A stretch of 64,000 bases of DNA, from the NCBI GenBank assembly GCA_963520895.1, contig CAUQSW010000002.1, forward strand, positions 13,823-77,822, in the 5' to 3' direction. The position numbers were made by a program, and so were the translations under genes. The notes beneath the pieces are model-generated. The model did no database searches. It saw only the letters and a program-made list of their open reading frames with translations, and was not told the DNA's origin. The stretch comes from an uncultured Corynebacterium sp. (GTDB taxonomy: Bacteria; Actinomycetota; Actinomycetes; Mycobacteriales; Mycobacteriaceae). This document shows positions 1 through 10,450 of the stretch, piece after piece (the first letter of the stretch is position 1; each line of letters opens with the position of its first letter).

Positions 1-1071
1 CACGCCTTAACAGAGACGCGATCCCTCCAAGAAACCGCGCTATTAGTAAAAGAATCAGTCGCCGAACTAAAGAAATACCAACGGGTATGGCAAGCGTTAA
101 AACACCCCTATATTCAACGGGCTGCTGCTAGGGCCCAACTATCCTTACCGGTAGTGGTGGTATTGGGCACTAAAGCCAACTTCCGGCTGCGGTACCACAA
201 AAACCGAGTCGGATTATTAGTGCAACTCTGTGAATTAGTGCAAGGCTTAGGTGTCGACGAAGCCACCGCCCTCATAACCGAAACCATTACCGCCTGGCTA
301 GAAGACGCCACCCGGCAGTTAGACGTCGCCTACATGCATAAACGAGTTGGCAAAGACGGCAAACGCCGACTCACCGCAGCATTCAGCGCCCCACTAGCGG
401 CAAGAATAGATACCATCCTGCACCGGCTAGCCGAGAAAATCAGACAAGACGAGCCCCAATTACAATACGACCAGGCCTACGCGAAAGCTCTAGCCCACAA
501 ACTCACCAGCACCGACGCAGGTGGCGGGCAACAAGAACTTTTCGGCCCAATGTTCATGATCGCCACCGACTGCCATTTCCATGCTGATGGCAAAATCAGC
601 ACCACGGACGGAGCTTTAGTCGACATTCGTGACGTGGTCGATGAAAAAATAGCCCCCACTGGCTGGGCCGCCGTTACCGGAACCAGCGACGATTCTCCCG
701 TCATCCCACTTGTCGGGGCATTTGTGAAAGTACACCGCCGGTTGGCCTCACCACCCCAGCGGCTTGCGGCAATCCTGGAGACACTCGTCTGCGCATGGCC
801 TGGCTGCGATGTGGCGGGGACAAAATGCCAAATCCACCACATCACCGCCTACCAACACGGCGGATTGACCACCGGGTTGAACCTCACAGCGCTGTGCAAA
901 CAGCACAATGGCGAAAACGACGACAACCCGCACCAGAACTGCAACGGGCGTATAGAACGCGACCCGCACACTGGGCGCCCTGGATTCAGACGCTACCCAG
1001 AGCAGCCCTTGATCTTCAACAACGAGCCGGTAGCCGCTAAGAGTATAACGGCTTTAAAACCTAAACCCTAA
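1..1071 (+). CDS. HNH endonuclease-motif protein (DUF222/13E12-repeat-like), 5' end outside window
   Basis: Frame is open from base 1. C-terminal CAWPGC..CQIHH..GGLT..NL..LC..HN motif typical of actinobacterial HNH proteins. Confidence 0.8.
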   Translation, partial: HALTETRSLQETALLVKESVAELKKYQRVWQALKHPYIQRAAARAQLSLPVVVVLGTKANFRLRYHKNRVGLLVQLCELVQGLGVDEATALITETITAWLEDATRQLDVAYMHKRVGKDGKRRLTAAFSAPLAARIDTILHRLAEKIRQDEPQLQYDQAYAKALAHKLTSTDAGGGQQELFGPMFMIATDCHFHADGKISTTDGALVDIRDVVDEKIAPTGWAAVTGTSDDSPVIPLVGAFVKVHRRLASPPQRLAAILETLVCAWPGCDVAGTKCQIHHITAYQHGGLTTGLNLTALCKQHNGENDDNPHQNCNGRIERDPHTGRPGFRRYPEQPLIFNNEPVAAKSITALKPKP

Positions 1072-1088
1072 GGTATCAGCCGGTATCA

Positions 1089-1113
1089 GCCGAGGCGCTC
1101 GTAGCACCTCGGC
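1089..1113 (-). terminator. Hairpin between convergent HNH and M13 peptidase genes
   Basis: GCCGAGGCGCT-CGT-AGCACCTCGGC; pairs fully (one G-U) on the minus strand. Confidence 0.55.
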
Positions 1114-1125
1114 CCCTAGCCATGC

Positions 1126-3039
1126 CTACCAAATGGTTACGCGGTCTTCTGGCTTGATATAGACCTTGGAGTCTTTAACAACATCAAAAGCTTCGTAGAA
1201 TTCCGCGACATTTGCTGCGATCACGTTACAACGAAACTCTGCTGGCGAATGCGGGTCGATAGCGAGCAGTTGGGCTGCCATCTCTGGGCGGGTTTTCGTT
1301 CGCCACACATGTGACCACGCCAGGAACAGCCGCTGCAAGCCGTCGAAATCTTCCCCTTCGAGTTCCGGGCTGCAGTCCTCGGCTACAAACGGCCGTGATT
1401 CGGAAGCACCATGATCGGCCAAGTACATCTGGTAAGCGATTACTGCGATTCCTAGGCCACCAAGGTCGCCGATATTTTCACCGAGGGTGAACTCGCCATT
1501 AACGCCAGTGGTTTCTACTCCAGCTTGCTGCAAAACTTCTGGAACTAGGCCTTGGAATTGTTCTACCAACTTGGCGGTCAGTTTGGTAAAGGCGGCGCGG
1601 TCTTCTTCGGTCCACCAGGATTCGAGGTTGCCTTCGCCGTCGTAAAGCGAGCCTTGGTCGTCGAAGCCGTGGCCAATTTCGTGGCCAATGACAGCGCCAA
1701 TAGCACCGAAGTTTTCCGCGGCGTCGGCGGCGGGGGAGAAAAACGGCGGACGCAAGATGGCGGCAGGGAAGGTGATGTCGTTGACCGTCGGGTTATAGAA
1801 AGCGTTAACGGTTTGGGGCGTGCTAAACCATTCGGAACGATCCACGGGGTTGCCGATCTTGGCTAGCTCGTAGTCGTGGGCGAATTCCTCACCTGCTCGC
1901 ACATTGCTAACCAACTGGGCGCCGTCGGCTGAGAAATCCAGTGTTCCGTAGTCGCGCCACGTGTCCGGGTATCCGATTTTGGCTTGGAATTTCTCTAGCT
2001 TGGCCAGAGCCTTTTCCCGCGTCTGCGGGGTCATCCACTCCAGGTTGGAAATCCGCTCGCGATATGCGCGCAGCAAATAATCCACCAGGGTGAGCATTTC
2101 CTGTTTAGAAGAGGCCGGGAAATGCTTAGCCACAAACAGTTGGCCGATTTCGTGCCCAATGTAGTCATCAGCGGTGGCCAGCGCGCGTTTCCACCGTTCC
2201 TTTTGCTCAGTGGCGCCAGTAAGCACGGTGCCATAGAAATCGAAACGGGCTTTGGCGATCTCTTCGGTCAGTACCGGAGCGCGATTGTGAATGATGTGCC
2301 AGGCTGCCCAAAGTTTCCAATCGTCAAGCCGCTCGTCGGTCAGTAGCTTTGCGACGTGCTCAACGTAGGAAGGCATCATAACCACCACTTGCTGCTCAGG
2401 GTAGCCAGCGGCACGAAGGATCCGTTGAATCACCGGCGGTAGCTTCTCGAAATCGGCGGGGTTGTAGGTTTTTAAGGAATCCCTACTAGCCACCACATCC
2501 CAATGGCCAGCCGCGATCTCCTTTTCCAAGGCGACTACTTTATCCGCACCCTCCAAACCCACATACGAGAGCATTTTTGCAACGTGCTCCTTATAGGCAG
2601 AAAGTACCTCGGCATGCTGTTGATCGCGGTAGTAGGCTTCATCGGGCAATCCGAGACCGTCTTGGTAAAGGTAAGCAATGGCGTTCTCACTGCCAGAATC
2701 TTTAGCAACATAACCGGCCAGGACTCCCGGAATTCCTATGCGTTCCAGTTTCCCTAAGGCGGTAGCGAAATCTTCAATGGTAGTGGTATCGATGAGTGAC
2801 AGTTCTGGGGTGATCGGCTCGATGCCTGCTTTGTTAATGCTGGCGGTATCCATGAAAGATGCGTAAAGCCGCCCAGCCCGGGAATCTTTAGCTTCTTTAA
2901 CTAGGGCGTGCACATCAGCTTCGGCTTGGTCCCGCAACTGGTAGAACGTTCCATCCGTGGCGCGGTCGGCGGGAATGGTGTGAGTGTCAAGCCAAGGGCC
3001 ATTAACAAAATGGAAAAGATCCGTCATCGTTTGTGTCAT
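1126..3039 (-). CDS. pepO: M13 family zinc metallopeptidase (PepO/Zmp1-like)
   Basis: VNAFY, GHEIGH (HExxH), GENIGD and DPHSP motifs; start moved to ATG at 3039. Confidence 0.92.
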   Translation of the reverse strand: MTQTMTDLFHFVNGPWLDTHTIPADRATDGTFYQLRDQAEADVHALVKEAKDSRAGRLYASFMDTASINKAGIEPITPELSLIDTTTIEDFATALGKLERIGIPGVLAGYVAKDSGSENAIAYLYQDGLGLPDEAYYRDQQHAEVLSAYKEHVAKMLSYVGLEGADKVVALEKEIAAGHWDVVASRDSLKTYNPADFEKLPPVIQRILRAAGYPEQQVVVMMPSYVEHVAKLLTDERLDDWKLWAAWHIIHNRAPVLTEEIAKARFDFYGTVLTGATEQKERWKRALATADDYIGHEIGQLFVAKHFPASSKQEMLTLVDYLLRAYRERISNLEWMTPQTREKALAKLEKFQAKIGYPDTWRDYGTLDFSADGAQLVSNVRAGEEFAHDYELAKIGNPVDRSEWFSTPQTVNAFYNPTVNDITFPAAILRPPFFSPAADAAENFGAIGAVIGHEIGHGFDDQGSLYDGEGNLESWWTEEDRAAFTKLTAKLVEQFQGLVPEVLQQAGVETTGVNGEFTLGENIGDLGGLGIAVIAYQMYLADHGASESRPFVAEDCSPELEGEDFDGLQRLFLAWSHVWRTKTRPEMAAQLLAIDPHSPAEFRCNVIAANVAEFYEAFDVVKDSKVYIKPEDRVTIW

Positions 3040-3069
3040 ACCCACCACAATAAACGGTAATTTGGTGAC

Positions 3070-3585
3070 ATGGCATTTTATCGGCACAAACCCAGATTGA
3101 CGCCGTGGCAGAAAACGATTGTCACCGGCGCGATAGTGGTGCTTTTATTACTCCCAGCTTTGATCAATTTGCTGCTACCGCAGATCTATAGCGAGAAAAC
3201 CCCCGTTATGCTGGGTGCGTCTGGGTGGGAGCTACCACTGGTGGATGAAAATCAACAGCCGATGGAATGCGTTCGAATCTCGGAGGTGGATATTTCCAAA
3301 CAGTGGGATTGTTCTGATTTTCTGATCGAAACCACGGTGGTTAATAACGGGGACAGCCCTAAACTAACGCTTCGCCGTGCCTACCGGGCGTTCTCACCAG
3401 CCAACGTGTACCCCGAAGACGCCGATATTGCTATCGACGGCCGCGTGTATAGCTTAACTTTCGAAGGGTATTCCGCCGTGACCTTTGATGGCGTTGGTGA
3501 CAACGAAGGGGAGTCCATCTTCGTCTTATTTGTGGCTACTGATCACGATCAGGTGTTGGAACTGGTGAAAGGAAGTCTGAAATGA
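3070..3585 (+). CDS. Hypothetical membrane-anchored protein
   Basis: N-terminal hydrophobic helix; ATGA overlap with the next gene. Confidence 0.7.
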   Translation: MAFYRHKPRLTPWQKTIVTGAIVVLLLLPALINLLLPQIYSEKTPVMLGASGWELPLVDENQQPMECVRISEVDISKQWDCSDFLIETTVVNNGDSPKLTLRRAYRAFSPANVYPEDADIAIDGRVYSLTFEGYSAVTFDGVGDNEGESIFVLFVATDHDQVLELVKGSLK

Positions 3586-4553
3586 ACCGGACCGTCTTTA
3601 TCGTTATGAGTAGTTTAAGCGCTGTGGTCGCCTTGATTTTCGCTGCTCTTAATCTATTTTTAGCGCCGGTTGCTGGGCTGGTAGGCATATTAGGGGTGGC
3701 AGTCTACCTAGTGGCGGGGGTGGCGTTGTTCAGGTTCTCCCCGATGTGGCCACGGCTTGGTTGGCAGTGGTTATTGAGCTGCTGGGCGTGGGGTGCTGGT
3801 TTCAGCATGGTGATGATAACCATTGCGGCATTGCCGTTAGTTGAGATTACCCAGAAACTAGGCTGGGCGGCGTTCAGCGCTTCCCTAGCGGGCGCTTACC
3901 CTGAGGAGATCATCAAAACCACCATCATTGCCATTATTTTGTTTCAGTTCCCAGAACTCAACCGACCCTGGCATGGTTTTGTTACGGGTGCCATGGTGGG
4001 CTTGGGTTTCGAAGTGCTAGAGAATTTCTCCTACGGAGCCATTGGCAGTGTGCTTCATATGCAAAGCGATTTTTTGGGGGCGCTCGGCATGTGGGGGATG
4101 CGAAGCGTTGCCGGGCCGGGTCTGCATGTCTGTATTTCTGCCCTCGCCGGCTTCGGTTTAGGCTGCGCCGTTTTCCTTGCCGACGCCAAATACCCCCGCT
4201 GGTTTTATGCCTTCGCGGGTTTCGCCGCAGCCTTCTTCGTCCATTTTTCCTGGAACACCATGGTCAGCGACAACACCTTAGTGCAAGCAGTTTGGATGTT
4301 TGGCGTGGCAGCGGTGTTGTACCCGATGTTTATTGCTTGTTGGTGGTACTGCCATAAACAAGCCAAAATTGATAATGGGCCGATCACCATGGATCAGCCC
4401 ATCTCGACGGTTAGTCGTATTCCTTCTTATCAGTATCAATATTCTGGTGGCCGGGGTTCCACAAACCAGAACGCCTTACAGTTTCCAGTTCAATGGCCGC
4501 CAAGTCCGGAACCTCCCCAACAGAATTCGGGCGCATTTCGTATTTTTCAATAG
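3582..4553 (+). CDS. PrsW-family intramembrane glutamic/metalloprotease
   Basis: Multiple TM helices; PEEIIK, GFEVLEN and conserved His motifs (PGLH, HFSWN). Confidence 0.85.
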   Translation: MNRTVFIVMSSLSAVVALIFAALNLFLAPVAGLVGILGVAVYLVAGVALFRFSPMWPRLGWQWLLSCWAWGAGFSMVMITIAALPLVEITQKLGWAAFSASLAGAYPEEIIKTTIIAIILFQFPELNRPWHGFVTGAMVGLGFEVLENFSYGAIGSVLHMQSDFLGALGMWGMRSVAGPGLHVCISALAGFGLGCAVFLADAKYPRWFYAFAGFAAAFFVHFSWNTMVSDNTLVQAVWMFGVAAVLYPMFIACWWYCHKQAKIDNGPITMDQPISTVSRIPSYQYQYSGGRGSTNQNALQFPVQWPPSPEPPQQNSGAFRIFQ

Positions 4554-7500
4554 CGCCCCAGTCCCTCAGCCAGTCGTCTTTGGCGTAGGCGGGGACTTCG
4601 TAGGAGAAGTTCACTGCCTCAGCGGTTCCTAGGACACCGCCACCGTGATAATCCTGGAAGCTGGTTCCGGAGCGTTTGCCTTTGTAGTCAGGCAGTATGC
4701 GGTACTGCGGGATTTCGGCCACTCCAGCGTAATGGCTGAAGGGGCGTTGGCAACTAAATTGCAGCGGAACGGACCAGTCCAATAGCCCGGGGTTTTCCGA
4801 ACCAACAACATTATTGAGGGTGTCTAGGTTGGGCACCCTGGGCGGGGTGAACACTAACCATTCTTCTGGGTCGAGGGAAGAATCGACGGCGTGGATGCGG
4901 ATCACGTTGGCGTCGGCAGGCAAATCCTCGATGGGGAGTCGCAGATTGCGCCACCGCTTTTTGGGGCCAATGTCGAGCATTTGGGTTTCACCTAGTTCGG
5001 TGATTTTTCCTGAGGCGTCCTTGTTGCCGTATTGCAGTACGAGTTTCCGGCCTTCTTGTTTCACGCCATCAGCGTCGACACCTTCAATAATGCCCGCTGC
5101 CGAAACCACGATCAGGGGTGCTTCGTCGGTGGATTGCGGCACTTCGTACCATTGGGTGGTGGCTTCGCCGTACACCTGTTTGCCGGCCGAATAGGAACCC
5201 AGCACGGGCACTTTCATGGGGTCCAAGTTAAAGGGCAGGATCATTTGTGAACCATTAATGCCCTTGGTGTCGCGGCGGCCATTATCCACGTTGAGTAATT
5301 CAGCGGAGCTAACCAGGTAGGGCAGTTGGGTGGTTCCTAGCGGGGGAATGCCATTGGGTTTGAAGCCGCGTAGTTCGTCGGTTTCTAAGGAGTCACCTAA
5401 GGAACCAGTGACGGGTTTTAAGAAGGCATCGTTGGTGTTGGTTTCCATCAGAACATAATCTGCGAGCCCGCAGGTGCGCCCGGCGAGATTACGTAGGTTT
5501 CCTAGGCCCACCGAATAGGCTGGGTACTGGTCGGTGAAAGCTTTAGCGAAGGAAGTCATAGTAAACAGCACGGCTAAAGCACAGAAGACTGCGATAGGGG
5601 CGGCGAAAAGATTACTAAAACGGCTCGGTTTTTGGTCTTTATCTTTATAGTCTGAATCGCCGTTGAGCTCTGTTGCCAACCCACTGCGGAAGGATTGCAC
5701 CACACCCACTATCAAAATGATGAGTGCGATGATCATTAATACGGTAGCGAATTCTATCGTTTTGAATTGTACTGACTTATCCCACCACGGTATGCCATAA
5801 CTGGAGACGTACCAGAACCCGTTGGTTCCCGATAGCGAGAAGGCGAAAATGAACAGCAGGCCGCCCATGACTAGCGTCCTGGAATGCCGAGACCTGGTGG
5901 CGAATTCACTCAGAGCAATCGCGGCTAGTCCGCCGAGGGCTGCGGCAATGCCTGCCCAGACACCGAAGTGGTGGGTCCATTTCGTGGGGGTGAAGCTCAT
6001 GAAGAACAGGGTGCCCATGAACACCATGAGCAGCCTGAGGGAGGAGCCTTTGTTGGAGCCGGGTACTTTGCCGTTGCGCAGCATAGATGCGAAGACTAAA
6101 ACCACGGAAACGAAGGCAAACATGACGGCGATGCGCCTAGAGAAGGAGCCGTCGACAGTTTGCTGGAATAGCACTTCGTAGCGCACCCATTCTTGGTACC
6201 ACTTTAGGCTGGGGCCTTTGTCGCCGCGTACGTGGATGGATTCCAGTACTGTCATGAGGGTTTGGTCGCCAAATACCGCGAGGAAGACGGCGGTGCCTGC
6301 GGCGAAGAAGGGACCCAGCAGGGCTGCCCAGTCGAGGCGGGTTTTTGCCCGCCGGGCCATGATTCGGATGAGGCTCGATAGGCTGACTAACAGCGCGGAA
6401 AAAGCCATGAGTCCGGTAGGGCCGCAGGCTAAGGTGAACGCAGCGAGTGAGGTGCCGATGGCTGCGGGGAAGAGTCGTTTTTGCGCGATGGCGCGTTCGA
6501 AGCATACCCAGGACAGCAGTGTTCCCATGGCAATGATGGGTTCAGGGCGTAGACCGTTGTTATAGGGCAACCAGAAGGCTAGGAACATTAAAGCCGCGGT
6601 CCAGTGGGCAGCTTTGCGAGCATTAATACCCGCACCTAGCCTGGGCAGCACTCCTCTGGATAACAGCAGCCAGATGACGATCCCAGAGATTAATGCCGGT
6701 AGCCGCATCCACATTGAAGAGGTCGATACCGTGGTCATTAAGGCGAGGAAGTCGTAATATGGCGCGCCGAAGGGGGATTCAGGTACACCGAACCACCGGT
6801 AGTAGTTGGCCATGTAGCCTGATTCCAGCGAGGCTCTGGCCATGGTGAGGATAAAACCATCATCGGAGGTGTTAGCGCCGAAGACATACCAGATGAGCAG
6901 GATGCCTAAGACTAGACCGTCGAGAAGCCGCGGGCGGAACATTCCGGCGGTTAGGAGCTTTGTTGGCGCTGGGCCGTCCATACGGTACAAGCAGATCAGC
7001 GCGATGATCAGTAGTACCGTTCCACCGATCATGGTGAACCATTTCAGCAGGGTGGGGTAGGAGGTGTAGCGCGAGTTGATTTCGACGTCAACGTTGAGGC
7101 CGGCGTCGATAAGCGATTGCGCGTCGCCTTGTAACTCGGTGTAGATACCGGTGATTTGGGGGCGCTTGTCTTCCTCTTCTTCGCTGGTAACTTGTACTTC
7201 TCCGGCGAGCGATACCGAGGTTTCGGTTTTGGTGGAGCTAATCAGCAGCAGCGAGTCTTTGGGGAGCGCGGCAACTTCTTCGGCATCTAATTGGAAGTAG
7301 ACGGTATCGCGAACAACCACGTCTAAGGCGCCGTCGAAGGAGCGGACAAACATGCCGCGGGAGGTGGCTTGCTCGGAGTCCAGCGGTAGGGTTCCGATCA
7401 GCAGCGATTCGTCTTCGCGCAGGGAATCAATGGCAGAGACCGGTACCTGGATGTCGATACGTTCTGGGGCGTAGGATTCCAGCGGCGCGTTGACACTATT

Positions 7501-7653
7501 AAGCGAGCCCTGCGGCCAATGCAGCGATGACTGGATTTGATTAACCGGCATCAGGGGTGTGAGCAGGAAAAATAAAAAGCCCACGATACCGCTGATGGCG
7601 GCGATCATTTTTAGTTTGGTATCGGCTGTTGGAGCCGTTGTTGTATCGCTCAC
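4411..7653 (-). CDS. emb: Arabinosyltransferase Emb
   Basis: NTSDDGFILTMAR, NYYRWFGVPESPFG, FTPTKWTHHFG motifs; GTG start overlaps the aftA stop. Confidence 0.96.
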   Translation of the reverse strand: MSDTTTAPTADTKLKMIAAISGIVGFLFFLLTPLMPVNQIQSSLHWPQGSLNSVNAPLESYAPERIDIQVPVSAIDSLREDESLLIGTLPLDSEQATSRGMFVRSFDGALDVVVRDTVYFQLDAEEVAALPKDSLLLISSTKTETSVSLAGEVQVTSEEEEDKRPQITGIYTELQGDAQSLIDAGLNVDVEINSRYTSYPTLLKWFTMIGGTVLLIIALICLYRMDGPAPTKLLTAGMFRPRLLDGLVLGILLIWYVFGANTSDDGFILTMARASLESGYMANYYRWFGVPESPFGAPYYDFLALMTTVSTSSMWMRLPALISGIVIWLLLSRGVLPRLGAGINARKAAHWTAALMFLAFWLPYNNGLRPEPIIAMGTLLSWVCFERAIAQKRLFPAAIGTSLAAFTLACGPTGLMAFSALLVSLSSLIRIMARRAKTRLDWAALLGPFFAAGTAVFLAVFGDQTLMTVLESIHVRGDKGPSLKWYQEWVRYEVLFQQTVDGSFSRRIAVMFAFVSVVLVFASMLRNGKVPGSNKGSSLRLLMVFMGTLFFMSFTPTKWTHHFGVWAGIAAALGGLAAIALSEFATRSRHSRTLVMGGLLFIFAFSLSGTNGFWYVSSYGIPWWDKSVQFKTIEFATVLMIIALIILIVGVVQSFRSGLATELNGDSDYKDKDQKPSRFSNLFAAPIAVFCALAVLFTMTSFAKAFTDQYPAYSVGLGNLRNLAGRTCGLADYVLMETNTNDAFLKPVTGSLGDSLETDELRGFKPNGIPPLGTTQLPYLVSSAELLNVDNGRRDTKGINGSQMILPFNLDPMKVPVLGSYSAGKQVYGEATTQWYEVPQSTDEAPLIVVSAAGIIEGVDADGVKQEGRKLVLQYGNKDASGKITELGETQMLDIGPKKRWRNLRLPIEDLPADANVIRIHAVDSSLDPEEWLVFTPPRVPNLDTLNNVVGSENPGLLDWSVPLQFSCQRPFSHYAGVAEIPQYRILPDYKGKRSGTSFQDYHGGGVLGTAEAVNFSYEVPAYAKDDWLRDWGAIEKYEMRPNSVGEVPDLAAIELETVRRSGLWNPGHQNIDTDKKEYD

Positions 7654-9632
7654 GAACGTGTCACCACCACAAAGGGACCGAATTGTTTGGTTGTCCATGG
7701 TGCGCCCATGAAAACCTCCGAGTTGAATCGAACACCCCTGAAACGGACATTGGGGTTATTGGGATAAATGTCTTCGGCCAAATCATAGACCCAACCGGTG
7801 TGCGGACGGTTATTTTCCAGGTCGTCTTTAGCTTCGGACAACGAACCACGGAAGATGAATACTTCGGGTGATTTCCAGGGCTCTTGCTCTAGCTTTTCGA
7901 CGAACTTCGTCGGCGTTTTCGCATCACTCCAGCTATCGAGTGCCCATTGGGTAATGGCTTCGTTACGCAGGTCGAATTCTCCCAACGGATTGGCGTAGTG
8001 GCTGGTAAAGGCCTGGAAACCTCGGTAGGGGTGCAACGACATGAAGTCTTGTTCGTCGGTCATCACCACGGTATCGCGTGGTGCCTTGCCGGTTTGTTGC
8101 TGAATGTAGTCTGACATGGCTTGGTAATACTGTGTGGAATTTGGCGGATACCGATCGGCACGCTCACCATAACCATCGGTGTCGGAATAGGCATGCTCAA
8201 AAGACGTGCTCAAACTGCTAGGGATTGATTGGGCGTAACTGATGCCGCCAGCAATGAGCACCGCCATGAACGCAAAGTTAATAGTTCTGGAGGTTTTAAC
8301 GTCGAAGGTATCGGGGAACAGCTTGTGAATACTGTAAATCCGCAATTCTGCCAAGCCCAATACACCGGCGGTGACTAACTGCAGCGCAATCACCACATCG
8401 AGCCGGAACCCTAGCAGGGTTGTGCCGATCAACGTAAACGCCATGGATAGTCCCACCCAGGCATAAACCACCAGCAGGCCAATACCTAGCATCCGGACAT
8501 CGAGGTCTTGCACGCGAACTATCAAGTAGATCAAGCCAATCAGGCACAGGAGGCCCACGATACTAGGCGAAAGCATCGGTAATGGGATCTGGGCTCCCTC
8601 TAAGGGCAAATAGTGCGAAGCGGTAGCACCTGATGTGTGACCGCCGCGGATCACGGCACTGAAATACGGTGCCCACCAGATGGCGGCAAAAGCAAGCGAG
8701 CACACACCCATGATGGTCAGCCGGATGATGGGTTTAAAGGATTTCAGTAAGACCGCGGAGACCAATGCAGCGATGAAAATAACACTCAGTGCTACCAGCG
8801 CGGTGTATAGGGTGTAGGAGGAGGCAGATATGCCCAGGTAGATAATCATTCCTACCATGGAAAATCGGCTGCCCACCAACGCGCGGTAGGTAAGGATGCT
8901 TGCTGCTGGTACTCCTAAAGCAATCACAGCGGCATAGGGTTCTTCTGCACTCATCACCAACGCCACGCACGTGCTGGCTAGGGCAATGCCAGTGGCTACC
9001 GGCAGGCTGCCACAGAGTCGTTGCCAGAGTGGCACCAGTAAGCTGGCGGACATACTCAGAGACACGATGGCCCATGGTTGGAAGCCCTCCCACCCGGGCA
9101 TTCCTAGCAAGTTGGAAAAACGTCCCCCGAACCAGAACCAGAACCCAGGGTAGAAGGTGGGCATGTCGATGTAATTCATGTCGCTTAATTGCGCAGAATC
9201 GGTCAGCCGGGTGAAAAACTGGGTTCTAAAGCCCTGATCGACGGTGATGCCGTCGAGGTAGAGTCGAGTTGCTGATAGTGGTACCGCGATGGTGGTCACT
9301 ACTAAGCCAGCGGGTGCTAGGTAACACGTGAGGTAGGTCAGCCATACCCGCCATCGGGGGTGGGGTTGTTTACGTTTCTCGTCCATCACCCAAGCAATGA
9401 CTAGGAAGGCCACGACGGCTAAGACGATCACCGAGCCTAGGGTGGAAATGGCACGGGTGACCATCGAGGGCCCGAAGGCTGGCAGACTAGTGGTTTTTAG
9501 CAGGTACCAGCAGATGAGACTGAACGCCCCACCACCGAATAAAGCCCCGCAGAGACTGAGGAGAGTTTTTCTCATACTCAGCATGTCGGGGCCGTATTCT
9601 TCCAATCGGGAAGTATCAATAGCCTGAGTCAT
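7650..9632 (-). CDS. aftA: Galactan 5-O-arabinofuranosyltransferase
   Basis: LDGITVDQGFRTQF, FQAFTSHYANPLGEF; position between dprE2 and emb. Confidence 0.94.
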   Translation of the reverse strand: MTQAIDTSRLEEYGPDMLSMRKTLLSLCGALFGGGAFSLICWYLLKTTSLPAFGPSMVTRAISTLGSVIVLAVVAFLVIAWVMDEKRKQPHPRWRVWLTYLTCYLAPAGLVVTTIAVPLSATRLYLDGITVDQGFRTQFFTRLTDSAQLSDMNYIDMPTFYPGFWFWFGGRFSNLLGMPGWEGFQPWAIVSLSMSASLLVPLWQRLCGSLPVATGIALASTCVALVMSAEEPYAAVIALGVPAASILTYRALVGSRFSMVGMIIYLGISASSYTLYTALVALSVIFIAALVSAVLLKSFKPIIRLTIMGVCSLAFAAIWWAPYFSAVIRGGHTSGATASHYLPLEGAQIPLPMLSPSIVGLLCLIGLIYLIVRVQDLDVRMLGIGLLVVYAWVGLSMAFTLIGTTLLGFRLDVVIALQLVTAGVLGLAELRIYSIHKLFPDTFDVKTSRTINFAFMAVLIAGGISYAQSIPSSLSTSFEHAYSDTDGYGERADRYPPNSTQYYQAMSDYIQQQTGKAPRDTVVMTDEQDFMSLHPYRGFQAFTSHYANPLGEFDLRNEAITQWALDSWSDAKTPTKFVEKLEQEPWKSPEVFIFRGSLSEAKDDLENNRPHTGWVYDLAEDIYPNNPNVRFRGVRFNSEVFMGAPWTTKQFGPFVVVTRS

Positions 9633-9670
9633 ACCCACTAGTTTCCCACATTGGGTACCAGCTTCGGGTA

Positions 9671-10432
9671 TTAGAAGGGTAGTTTTCTAAAGACTGCTTG
9701 CGGAATAAGTTTAAAAACCAAGGAAACTGGCTTAAACAGGGGGTGGACAAAAATGCTTTCTTTCCGGTCCAGTACCGCAGATACTACCGATTTGGCCACG
9801 TCTTCCCGGTTGACAGTCAGTGGGGCTTCGCCAGCAGCGGCGGACATCTTGGTGCGCACCTGGCCGGGGCGGACCACTAGTACATTGATGCCGAATTCCC
9901 GAAGCGCCTCCCCTAAATTGACGTAGAAGCCGTCCATGCCTGCCTTGGCTGCGCCATAGACGAAGTTGGAGCGGCGCACCCGCTGACCAGCCACGGAGCT
10001 TAAAGCAATGATGGTGCCGTGTCCCTGGAGTTTTAGTTTTTCTGCCAGCAACACGCCAACGGATACGGGGGCGGTGAAGTTGGTTTCGGCGGATTCCACG
10101 GCAAGGTTTTGATCCTGCCATAGGGCTTCTTGGTCACCTAAGGTGCCAAAGGCCACGATGGAAATGTCCACATCGCCGTCGGCAAATGCGAGGTCGAGGG
10201 TTTCCCGGTGGGAGGAAAAATCGGTGGCGTCGAAATCAATGACCTCGACTGCGCTGGCACCAGCGGCCTCTACTTCGGCGACGGCGGCGTCGATACGCGG
10301 TGAGGAGGTACGGGCAGCGAGGATCACCTTGGCTGGCCCCTTGGTTAGAAATTCCTTGACAATGGCAAGGCCGATCTCGGAGGTGCCACCGATCAGAAGA
10401 ATGTTTTGGGCTTGGCCCACAGCGTTCAGCAT
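9671..10432 (-). CDS. dprE2: Decaprenylphospho-beta-D-erythro-pentofuranosid-2-ulose 2-reductase
   Basis: SDR beginning MLNAVGQAQ, GGTSEIG, RVRRSNFVYG; directly downstream of dprE1. Confidence 0.95.
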   Translation of the reverse strand: MLNAVGQAQNILLIGGTSEIGLAIVKEFLTKGPAKVILAARTSSPRIDAAVAEVEAAGASAVEVIDFDATDFSSHRETLDLAFADGDVDISIVAFGTLGDQEALWQDQNLAVESAETNFTAPVSVGVLLAEKLKLQGHGTIIALSSVAGQRVRRSNFVYGAAKAGMDGFYVNLGEALREFGINVLVVRPGQVRTKMSAAAGEAPLTVNREDVAKSVVSAVLDRKESIFVHPLFKPVSLVFKLIPQAVFRKLPF

Positions 10433-10450
10433 TTATTCGTTGCCTTTCTT

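Noticed and set aside
1..1071. HNH gene as an active mobile element
   Set aside because: No terminal repeats visible and the 5' end is outside the window; a common corynebacterial family.
1072..1091. Tandem GGTATCAGCC x2
   Set aside because: Only two 10-bp units with no spacers; not a CRISPR array or meaningful repeat.
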